From Isurus oxyrinchus (lineage: Eukaryota), in contig JANJGN010000052.1 in NCBI GenBank assembly GCA_026770705.1, positions 1,922,001 through 1,986,000 on the forward strand: a stretch of DNA of 64,000 bases, given 5' to 3'. Below the pieces are notes generated by a model. The model saw only the letters and a list, made by a program, of their open reading frames with translations. It was not told the origin of the DNA and did no database searches. Below, one piece after another: positions 10,640 through 22,600 of the stretch. The first letter of the stretch is position 1. The number at the start of each line of letters is the position of its first letter. The position numbers were made by a program, and so were the translations under genes.

Positions 10640-13600
10640 TGAATCTCACTCCCCAATGGCTCAGCATCCAGTCCTCTCTGGAGAAGCATTTCATTCCAAA
10701 CCACACCAACCGCAGCCCAATTCCATCCCTTCCTCCCTCTCTCCCCCTGTCCCCCAGTGGGTTGTTTCCTGTTCCCAGGAATCTCAATCCCTACCCGCAC
10801 ACCCACATCTCCTCACTCCCACTCCCCATTTCTCATTCAGTTATGCTCAAACCTGATCTGTGCGTATTCCGTCTCCTCTTCCCTGTGGACAGACCCATCA
10901 CCACTGGACACCCTCAAAACTTGGGGATTGGCGTAGAGAAACTCTTCAGGTTTGCCGGGGTTCCCAAGTCCAGCATCGCCTCCCACTGGACCTTCAGAGA
11001 GACCCCGGGGAGCTGGGGTCTCCCCCTCACTAGTTGTGTCTCTGGTTGTGTTCCGGGGCTCAGTAATCAGCACGTTCTGTTTACCCTACAGAGAAATGGA
11101 AACAGAAGGCATCCTCACATCATTTACTGGCACTGATAGGGTTAAATTATTGTGCAGCTTCGTTAATGTCAGTCGTGTCTCAGTGGGTTTAACTCTCTCT
11201 CCCATGTCTTATGAAAGAAACCACCTATGGCATTGCAGTGCTCCCTCAGGACTGACCCTCCAACAGTGCAACACATCCTCAATAGTGACCCTCTGTCAGT
11301 CTCGCACTCCCTCAGTACTGACCCTCTGTCAGTCTCGCACTCCCTCAGTACTGACCCTCCGACAGCGCAGCAAAAACCTCAGTACTGACCCTCTGACAGT
11401 GCAGCGCTCCCTCAGTACTGACCCTCCGATGGTGCAGCGCTCCCTCAGTACTGACCCTCCGATAGTGCAGCGCTTCCTCAGTACTGACCCTCCGACAGTG
11501 CCGCGCTTCCTCAGTACTGACCCTCCGACAGTACAGCGCTTCCTCAGTACTGACCCTCCGACGGTGCAGCACTCCCTCAGTACTGACCCTCCGACTGTGC
11601 AGCACTCCCTCAGTACTGACCCGCTGTCAGTCTCGCACTCCCTCGGTAATGGCTCTGGTGAGTGACGGCTTGGATTCTTCACTCAAGTGTCTGGTGTGAA
11701 GCTCATTAACATGAACCTTGTAATCAGAGAGAGGATGAGAGAGAGAGAAAGAGAGAGAGAAAGAAAGGGAGGTTGAGATAGAGAGAGAGACTGGAATTTG
11801 TGAGGTGAAAATGCCTGGAATCTGCTTAAAGACTATGGGTTGTCTTAGAGGAGATTAGTTTGAGAATTTGTTAAAAAGTTATGATAATACTAGTTTGTAA
11901 CCACGTGCATATGTTTAACTTGTGTAAATTAATAAATGTCTCATGTAGTTTGATATAAAACCATCTCGAGAACTTGTGGTATTATTCCTGAATTAAGAGA
12001 TGCATCTCAAACATTCCACTGGGAAATATAGGTTATGACAGTTGTTTAAAGTTTCCTTCTGGAATTTTAAACAACAGCCTTTACCAGTTGCTGTGTCATA
12101 ACAGAGAGACAGCATGATACTGAACCATTGCTGACTCCACAGGTAAAAATCAGTGGGTAACTGGGCTGGGAATCTGGGACACGTGTTGTCTACACACTGA
12201 GATTGAAGCTTTGGAGTGAGTGTAAACAGCTCCTGTACCTGGTGTTTCACAGAGAGTGGACTGGGGGTCAATGCAATGTCTCTGGTCCCTGAAACTCTCT
12301 CCTCCATCGCTGTCTTTCTCCTGCAATAACACAATATCACACTGTGGTTATCATATAGCAGAGAGTCAGTGCAGCACAGACACAGAGCACACTGTAACCT
12401 TACACCAACGAATGGGACTGTCTCTTTAAATCACTTCTGCACAAAGCACAGAATCAAGAAGCTTGACACCATCCAGGACAAAGCAGCCCGATTGATCGAC
12501 ACCCCATCCCCCACATTAAACATTCACTCCCTCCACCATGAACACACAGTGGCAGCAGTGTGTGTACCATCTACAAGATGCACTGCAGCAACTCAGCAAG
12601 GCTCCTTCAACAGCACCTTCCAAACCCACGACCTCTACCATCTAGAAGGACAAGGGCAGCAGACACATGGGAACACCACCACCTGGAAGTTCCCCTCCAA
12701 GTCACTCACCATCCTGACTTGGAAATATATCACCGTTCCTTCACTGTCGCTGGGTCAAAATCCTGGAACTCCCTCTCTAACAGCACTGTGGGTGTACCTA
12801 CACCACATGGACTGCAGCGGGTCAAGAAGGAAGCTCACCACCTCATTCTCAAGGGGCAATTAGAGATGGGCAATTAGTATTGTCCACGCCAGTGACAGCC
12901 ACATTTGATGAAAGAATTTAAAATCTCACAGCTCAGGAGGAAGCCACTCAGCCCATCGTGCCTGTGCTGGCCCTTTGTAAAAACTGTCCAATTAGTCCTA
13001 AGCAAATGTTTATATTAAAATCAAGTTAAATCTTCAGACTTACTTTCTCACACAGATGAAGATGAAGATTCCAGCCAGGAAAACACTCAACATGATCCCA
13101 GCCGTGAACAATCCTACTGTCCATTTACTGGAATCTCTACCTGTAAAAACAGTCATTAATTACTGCACTACAGGTTTACAATGATGCTCCGATGTATCTC
13201 GAGAAGCGATACACTCACTCAGTGTTTAAATACTCATTCTCGGGCAATGCTGACATTTATTGTCCATCCCTAGTTTCCCCTTGAGAAGGTGGTGGGGGGT
13301 CTTCCTCCTGAACCACTGGTTTGTCCCAAACTGAGAGACCAGTTCAGAGGGCACGTAAGAGTTAACCATGTTGGTGTTTGAGACTGGAGTCACATATACA
13401 CCCAGACCTGTTAAAATGGACAGGTTTCCCTCACTAAATGTGTAATTATATCTTTAATTTCTATATTTATGTATCAATTAACATCACTAAAATAATCATT
13501 TATCACCTCAATTTCACACTGTTGTTTGTGGGATCTTGCTCTGCACAAATCAGCTGTTGCGTTTCTCAACGTAATCTATGTAACATTTATATATAATATT

Positions 13601-16600
13601 TATCGATGTAATCTATGTAACATTTACATATAATTTTTCTCAATGTAATCTATGTAACATTTATATATAATGTTTCTCGATGTAATCTATGTAATATTTA
13701 TATATAATATTTAGTCGTTTGGGAGGAGAACCTGAGTATTGCTGAGAAAGGACATTTTGTCAAAGCTTTCTGTCTTGCACCCAATGAAGCAGCTTATCTG
13801 GGGGAGAGGGTTCCAGATTTCCACTCCCCTTAGTCTGAAGAAGTGCTTCCTGACATCACCCCCTGAACGGTCTGGCTCCAATTTGACCAAGTGTTGCCAT
13901 TGTCACATGAGGTCAGGTGATTCAAAGCTTGGTCAAAGGGGTAAGTTGTACACAGCATCTTAGAGGAGGTAGAGAGAGAGGTGGAGAGGTTGAGGGAGGG
14001 AATTCTCGAGTTTAGGGATCAATCCAGCTGAGTGGAGATCGATCCTAAGCGAGTCTCTCACCTTTGACCCACAGATACATCTTGAACATGGCTTCCCCGT
14101 GTGGGTTTTGAACCGAGCAGGATGCAATCACTCCCCCCTCATCCTGGGGTCTCATCAGGGTGAGGGAACCAGTCACCAGATGCCCATCTCTGACCTGCCA
14201 CGACACAAAACCTCCGTGTGTTTGGTTACCACTGATGTTGGCACTGGGCAGGTGCCAGGTGAGGTCTCCGGGTGGGTTGGAGTTGGCCACACAGATGCAG
14301 GTGACCCCCTCTGACCTCCGAGTGCACTCTGACTGCTGGGAAATCTCCGGCTTATCTGAGGAGGGAAGGACAACAATGAGACAACTTCATAGCAAAGTTA
14401 GAGCGTAAGATAGAATCTTCACACTGAAACACTCATTCCTGCCTTTGTTACCTCCGTACTCGACTATCCCAACACTCTCCTGCCCGACCTCTCATCTTCC
14501 ACTCTCCGGAAACATCAGCTCATCCCAAACTCTGCTGTCCCCATGTCCTAACTCACACCGAGTCCCGTTCAGACATCACTCCCTGTTGGTCACTGAGCTA
14601 CACTGGCTCCCGGTCCGACAATGCCACAATTTTAAAATTATCATCGTTTCAAATCCCTCCTTACTCCCTCCCTATCTCTGTAACCTCCTCAAGCCCCTAC
14701 AACCCTCCCTATCTCTGTAACCTCCTCCAGACCCTACAACCCTCCCTATCTCTGTAACCTCCTCCAGACCCCACAACCCTCCCTATCTCTGTTACCTCCT
14801 GCAGCATCTACAACCCTCCCTATCTCTGTTACCTCCTCCAGCCCCTATAACCCTCCCTATCTCTGTTACCTCCTCCAGCCATCACAACCCTCCCTATCTC
14901 TGTAACCTCCTCCAGACCCCACAACCCTCCCTATCTCTGTAACCTCCTCCAGCATCTACATCCCTCCGAGGTCTCTGCGTTCCTCCAATTCCGGCCTCTT
15001 GACCATCCCCCGATTCCTATCGCTCCACCATTGGCAGCCGTGCCTTCAGCTGCCTGGGCCCCGAGCTCTGGAATTCCCACCGTAAACCTCTCCATTTCTA
15101 TCTCTCTCCTCATTTCAGACACTCCTTAAAATCCGGCCTCTTTCTCTGAGCTTTCAGTCCCTGTTCTAATATCTCCTTATGTATCTCGGAGAGGCGCAGG
15201 GTGAAAAAAGCAGGGAGGTGATGCTAGTTATGCTAAACCACAGCAAGGAAGCTGCCCTCAGACAGAAAGTGTTTGAGTTTTAAGCAGAGACAGGGGGAGT
15301 AAAATGCTTACATTGTACGTTCAGGTGGGTGATGTTGGAGGTGCTGTTACCCACTGGGTTCCTCGCTGTGCAGTAGAAACCTGCATCATTCTCCCGTGTT
15401 ACAGGAGTGAAGGAGAGAGTGCGGCTACTTGTGTTTAACTGGGTGCTGGTGTTCCCCTCGATCCTGAACCAGGTGTAATGAGATATCGGTGGGACACTTT
15501 CACTGGAGCAGGTTAATGTGATATTGCTTCCCTCCCTTATCCCACCTGAGGATCTGCTGATGGACACCATCGTCTCCTGTGGGGGATCTGGAACAAAGAC
15601 AGAGAACAATCAGCAGGTAATCCCCACACCCCACAGCTCTCCGAAATCTCTGTGCTCCTCCAATTCCGACCCCTTGCACATTCTCCCATTCCCATCTCTC
15701 CACCATTGGCGGCCGTGCCTTCAGCTGCCTGGACCCTAACCTCTGGAATTCCCTCCATCATTTCTCACCTCCTTCGGACAAAATCTGACCCCGAGTCACA
15801 TTAGGAGATATTAGGAGAGGTGAGCAAAAGCTCGCTGAAAGCAGGAGGTTTTAATGGTGTGTCTTAATGGTTTTAAGGAGCATCTTAATGGTTGAGAAAG
15901 AGTTGGAGATTGTGTATCTCCCGCGCATCCCCCCTTGCAAATTCCTCTCCCTCCCAGAGCAATGTAAGGGTCCCTCCTGTCTTCACTTTTCACCCCACCA
16001 GCCTCCTCATTCAAAGGATCATTCTCCGCCATTTCCGCCAACTTCAGCATGATGCCACCACCAAACACATCTTCCCTTCACCACATCCGCCCCCCCCCCC
16101 ACCCCCCCCCACGTTGGCATTCCATAGGGATCATTCCCTCCAGGACACCCTGGTCCACTCCTCCATCACCCCTAGCATCTCAACCCTCTCCGATGACATC
16201 TTCCCATGCATTTGCAGAAGGTGCAACACCTGCCCCTTTACTTCCTCCCCCCTCACTGTCCAATGACCCAAACACTCCTTCCAGGTGAAGCAGCGCTTCA
16301 TGCAGACTTCCTTCAATATAATCTACTGCCTTCACTGCTCCCAATGTGGTCTCCTCTACATGGGACAGACCAAACACAGACTGGGTGATCGCTCTGATGA
16401 ACACCTTCGGTCTGTCCACAAGCATGACCCAGACCTCCCTGTCGCTTGCCATTTTAACCCTCCACCCTGCTCTCATGCCCAAATGTCCGTCCTTGGTCTG
16501 CTGCATTGTTCCAGTGAAGCCCAACACAAACTGGAGGAACAGCACCTCATCTTCCGACCTGGCACTTTACAGCCTTCCGGTCTGAATATTGAGTTCAACA

Positions 16601-19600
16601 ATTTCAGATCATGAACTCTCTCCTCGATCTTCACTGCTTTTTGAACCCTTTTTTTATGTATTCATTTTAATTGTTTTATTTGTTGACTGTTTTCCACTTA
16701 TTTTTATTATTATTATTTGAAATTCATTTCCATTTTTATTGATTGTTTTATCCACAGATTTTAGTCTATTTTCGATCTTTATTCCCTCCACCGTCCCCTC
16801 CCCCTGCCACACCCCCACGAGGGCCATCTGTCTCTTTCCAGAGTGCTTACCCTGGTCCGCCCATTATCACACTCTGCTTAATGTCACCATTAGCACCTCC
16901 TTTATCCAATACCACCACTGTTAACAACCCTTTGACCTTTTGTTTATGACATCTTCCACAATCTCTCCATTGCCTCCACCTATCGCTGGTTTTCTATCCA
17001 GCTCCACCTGTCCCATCGCCCCCCCCTTAGACAGGATATATTTCACCACATGTCTACTTCCCTTTAGCTCTGAAGAGGAGTCTTACGGACTCCAAACGCT
17101 AACCCTGTCTTTCTCTCCACAGATGCTGCCAGATGCTCAGAATCAGCTGGATGGACAGAAAGACCAATGAGTGACTTAGATCAAGAGGAGACGTTCAGCA
17201 ATTAAAAGGGTTGTTCAGGACAGTTAGAGAGAGAAAGGTCATCAAGTACGGAGATTGGAAACGAAGACCTGACAGCCTTGTCCTCACAACCATTGAAGGA
17301 GAAACTGAGAGCAAAAACAGAAAGGGAGAGGAAAAATTGGGTGTGTGGATAACGTGGACTGAGCGAGGATTGAAGAAAACTGGATTAAAAACAACACGAT
17401 CCCAATGGCTCCACGGAGACCACGGAGACAACAAACAAACAAATGTATCTCCACACTCACATTCCACAGTGATGGTTATGAACCCCTCCACTGCTCCATG
17501 TTCATTCCCTGCCACACACTGATAGTCTCCAGTGTCCCTGGATGTAACGTGAGGAATCACCAACCACAGCTCATTGTTGGAACTTGTTCTGTTCATTGGG
17601 ACATTAAGATGTCGCCACGTCAGGTTAGAAGCTGGGAAGCTCTCGACAGAGCAGATTATCACTGCAGAATTCCCCTCAATTATGTTGATCGATGAAGCGT
17701 TAATCATACCAAGAGAAGTAATTGATAGGTTCCGTGGTGCATCTAAATACAAATAAAGGTTTCATTGTGAGCAAACACAGTGCACAGCAAGACTCCAGGT
17801 ATCATCTCTCTCCATCTGGTGTCTATGTGCATGTCAAGGCTTCTTTCTCCATTATAATTTTCTCTGTCACCATTTGTAACATTCACTGCCAGTGTGTTCC
17901 TTTTTGCATATTCATGGGAAGTGGATGTATCTATCTAGACCAGCATTTATTACCCATTCCTTATTGCCCTTGAGGAGGTGGTGGTGAGTTTTTCACCTCC
18001 AGAGGATTCCCAGCCTCTGACCGGCTCCTGTAGCCACAGTATTTATGGCCGGTCCAGTTAGTTGTTTGGTTAACATCCCCCAGGATGTGGATTGTGGGGG
18101 ATTCAGCGATGGGAAAGTGATTGAATATCAAGGAGAGATGGTTAGATTCTCTCTTGTTGGAGATGATCACTGCCTGGTGCTTGTGTGGTGTGAACATTAC
18201 TTGTCATTTCTCAGCCCAAGCTGAGTGTTGCTCAGCTCTTGCTGCATGTGGATATGTAAACTGTCACGCTGTAATTACAGCCTTCCACCAGAGGAGACAC
18301 TGTTGGGCTAGAAGAAAAGAAAGTGTCTTTCACATGATCAGGATGTTCACGGAGATTTCACCATGGAGGAATTGCTTTGGAATAATGGGGTATTGGGTGA
18401 TAAACCTACAATTCACTGTTCAGGAGGTTGCTCCATCCAATTCAGTGTCTTGATGATCTGGAGTTTACCTTCCTTCAACACAGAATCAGAGCTGCTACCG
18501 AGACTCGAGTGCAGCACTGAGACANNNNNNNNNNNNNNNNNNNNNNNNNNNNNNNNNNNNNNNNNNNNNNNNNNNNNNNNNNNNNNNNNNNNNNNNNNNN
18601 NNNNNNNNNNNNNNNNNNNNNNNNNNNNNNNNNNNNNNNNNNNNNNNNNNNNNNNNNNNNNNTAACTCACGTTCCACAGTGATGGTTATGAACCCCTCCA
18701 CTGCTCCATGTTCATTCTCTGCCACACACAGATAGTCTCCAGTGTCCCTGAATGTAACGTGAGGAATCACCAACCACAGCTCATTGTTGGAACTTGTTCT
18801 GTTCATTGGGACATTAAGATGTTGCCACGTCAGGTTAGAAGCTGGGAAGCTCTCGACAGAGCAGATTATCACTGCAGAATTCCCCTCAATTATATTGATC
18901 GATGAAGCGTTAATCATATCAAGAGAAGTAAATGAGAGATTCTGTGGAGCATCTAAGAACAAATCAAGTGTTTAATGTGAGCAAGCACTGTGCACAGCAA
19001 GACTCCATGCATCATGTCTCTGTATCTGATGCCTGTGTGCATTTCTAGGCACCTTCCCTCAAGATATTTTCCTATGTCACATTTACAATGGGCACTGCCT
19101 ATGTAAACTGTCACACTGCAGGAGCATTCTCCCACCAGAGACCCTGCCCATCCAGATTTAAAGAAACAGCCTTTCACATCCTCAGGATGTCCCCAAGGGC
19201 TTGACAGGCAATGAATTGTATTTGATCGATGGAGCACTGAGGGGTAAATCTACAATTCTCTGTTAAGGATTTTGCTCATCCAATTCAGGGTCTTGTTGAT
19301 CTGGAGTTTACCTTCCTTCAGCACAGAATCGGAGCTGACACCGAGACTCCAGTGCAGCACTGANNNNNNNNNNNNNNNNNNNNNNNNNNNNNNNNNNNNN
19401 NNNNNNNNNNNNNNNNNNNNNNNNNNNNNNNNNNNNNNNNNNNNNNNNNNNNNNNNNNNNNNNNNNNNNNNNNNNNNNNNNNNNNNNNNNNNNNNNNNNN
19501 NNNNNNNNNNNNNNNNNNNNNNNNNNNNNNNNNNNNNNNNNNNNNNNNNNNNNNNNNNNNNNNNNNNNNNNNNNNNNNNNNNNNNNNNNNNNNNNNNNNN

Positions 19601-22600
19601 NNNNNNNNNNNNNNNNNNNNNNNNNNNNNNNNNNNNNTGTGTGTTGTCTGTGTGCGCGTGTGCATGTGNNNNNNNNNNNNNNNNNNNNNNNNNNNNNNNN
19701 NNNNNNNNNNNNNNNNNNNNNNNNNNNNNNNNNNNNNNNNNNNNNNNNNNNNNNNNNNNNNNNNNNNNNNNNNNNNNNNNNNNNNNNNNNNNNNNNNNNN
19801 NNNNNNNNNNNNNNNNNNNNNNNNNNNNNNNNNNNNNNNNNNNNNNCATGTGTGTGTGTGTCTGTTGGTCCGTGTGTGGTCTGTGTAACCTGTAAACCTA
19901 ACCCTTCCACACTGATGGTCACGAACACCCCCCACTGCCAACAAATTTATCTCAGTAAGGAACATGGCACTGCCAACCTCGTCAATACCATCTTCTAAAC
20001 AGGGGATTGGGTAGGAGTCTGGTTTTATTGCTGCATTAACCTTTCTGTAATCTATGCAGAATCTGGTTGGAAATGAAATACCTGCTCCTTTTTACCTCCC
20101 TCCCTACGATGGTATCATTTTAACATATTGATGTGTCACAGCCGATTCTTTATTCTACAATCTGGGGTGTCTATCAAATAATTTACTTGACCAACCCTCC
20201 TAATTACCTTGTGGGGACCACTGAACTGCGCTTTCAGAGGCTCCCCCTGCCAAGGCAATGATACTAACACGTCATCCCCCTGGTTGTGATGTTCGGGTCA
20301 CAGCTTGCCTGTCTGCCCCATTCCTTCATCTCTGTTTGAGAAACTATAAGATGTTCTTGTGCCACTTTGGAGGCTCCCATGAGCCGTTCCTGAAACATGG
20401 ACACATCATCTGAAATAGAGGATTCATCCCTCTGTCCGGAATATCTTTCTTTGATGTATTTCAGACAGCCTCTTATCTCGTGTCCATAAGTTATTCCAAA
20501 AAGACTAAAACCTGCCGATTCAGTTGGTGAATCTCGTGTGGGAAATGCAAGAAAATCCAGTCCTTTGTCCCAGTCATGGGGAGTTCATGACAATAGCTTC
20601 AATCATTGTTTTGAGGGTTTGTTGGTCCCTCTCTAAAGATCCCTGTGTCTATGGATGATATGCTGCGGACTTTAACTGTTTTATACCCAAATTACTCATT
20701 ATGTTCGGAAAATTTTAAGACATAGAGATGGAACCTTGATCTGACTGGATCTCCAGCGGTAATCCATAATGGGTAAAAAATTGGGTTAACTTCCCTATTA
20801 CTACTTTAGCTGTAATTGTTCCTAAAGGGATGGCCTCTGGAAATCGAGTTGTCATATCCATCATAGTTAGGCCATACTGGAGTCCGGCTTTCATTTTCGA
20901 TAATGGTCTAACACAGTCCACTAATGCTCGTATCCAATGGTAACGGACAATTAACTCACTGGAGGAGGGGAATCCACAAATATCCCCATCCTCAATGAAG
21001 AGGGAGCCCAGCACATCAGGGCAAAAGATAAGGCTGAAGCATTTGCTACAACAATTATCCATTTCTGTCTGGCGTAAAAATAAGTCAGGAAATGGTGCTC
21101 AACCAGGGCTTACAAAAGAAATTAGGGATAGTATTAGATCCAGAGAGGAGACATAAAATTGCCAGGGGAAGCAGCAATGCTGAGGATTGGGAGCAGTTTA
21201 GAATTCAGCAAAAGTGGACAAAAAGATTGATCAAGAAGGGGAAAATGGAACATGGGAGTAAACTTGCAGGGAACGTAAAAACCGACTGTAAAAGCTTCTA
21301 TAAATATGTGAAGAGAGAAAGATTAGCAGTGACCGATGTAGGTTCCTTGCAGTCAGAAATGGGGGAAATTCTAATGAGAAACAAAGAAATGGCAGAAGAA
21401 CTGAACATATATTTTGGTTCTGTCTTCACAAAAGAGGACACAAATAATTTCCCAGGAATGTTAGGGAACCAAGTGTCTAGTGAGAGGGAGGAATTGAAGA
21501 TAATCAGGATTAGTTTTAAAAAATGGAGCTGGAGAAATTAATGGGTTAAAGGTTGAACAGTCCCCAGGGCCTGAAAATCTACATCCCAGAGACTAACGGA
21601 AGTGACCCTGGAAATATTGGAAGCACTGGTGGTCATCCTCCAAAATTCTATAGGCTCTGGAGCAGTTCCTATAGATTGGAGAGTGGCAATTGTAACCCCA
21701 CTATTTAAAATAGAAGGGAGAGAAAAAAACTGGGAATTACAGATCAGTTAGTCTAACATGGGGAAAACGCTAGAGCCTATTATATAAGGTGTGCTAACGG
21801 AACGCTTGGAAAGCATTAATGGGATTAGACAAAGTCAGCATGGGTTAATGAAAGGAAAATCATGCTTAACTAATCTACTGGAGATTTTGAGGATGTAACT
21901 TGTGGAATAGATAAGGGATAACCAGTGGATGTGGTGTTTTTAGATTTCAAGAAGGCTTTTGATAAGGTCCCACATAAGAGGCTAGTGGGCAACATTAAAG
22001 CCCATGGGATTGGGGGTAATTTATTGGCATGGATTGAGAATTGGTCGACAGACAGGAAACAGAGGGTCAGAATAAATTAGTCTTTATCTGAGTGGCAGGC
22101 GGTGACTAGTGGTGTACCACAGGGATCCGTGCTTGGGACCTAACTATTCATGATATATATAAATGACTTGGGTGAGGGAGCCAAGTGCAATATTTCCAGG
22201 TTTTCTGATGACACAACGCTGGGTAAGGGTGTGAGCTGTGAGGAGGATGCAAAGAGGCTTCAAGGCGATTTAGACATGTTGTGTGTGTGGGCAAACACAT
22301 GGCAGATGATGTGGATGAATGTGACATTGTAGGCTTTGGTGTGAAATACAGAAAGGCAGAGTATTATTTAAATGGTGATATAATGGGAAATGTGGATGTA
22401 CAAAGGGATCTGGGTGTCCTTGTGCACTAGCCAATGAAAGTAAACAGGCAGGTGCAGCAAGTAATTCGGAAGGCAAATGGTATGTTGGCCTTCATTGCAA
22501 GAGGATTTGTGTTCAGGAGTAGGGATGTCTCACTGCAGTTATACAAGGTCTTGGTGAGACTGCGCATGGGGTAAAACGTGCCGTTTTGGTCTCCCTCCCT

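Noticed and set aside
17070-17105. Active hammerhead at the Penelope end
   Set aside because: The conserved GAAA is CAAA, and the motif is antisense to the gene.
19364-19846. A C2 exon hidden in the N gaps
   Set aside because: As sized (274 and 178 nt) the gaps are too short for a 282-nt exon and lie in (TG)n intron; not excluded if gap sizes are wrong.
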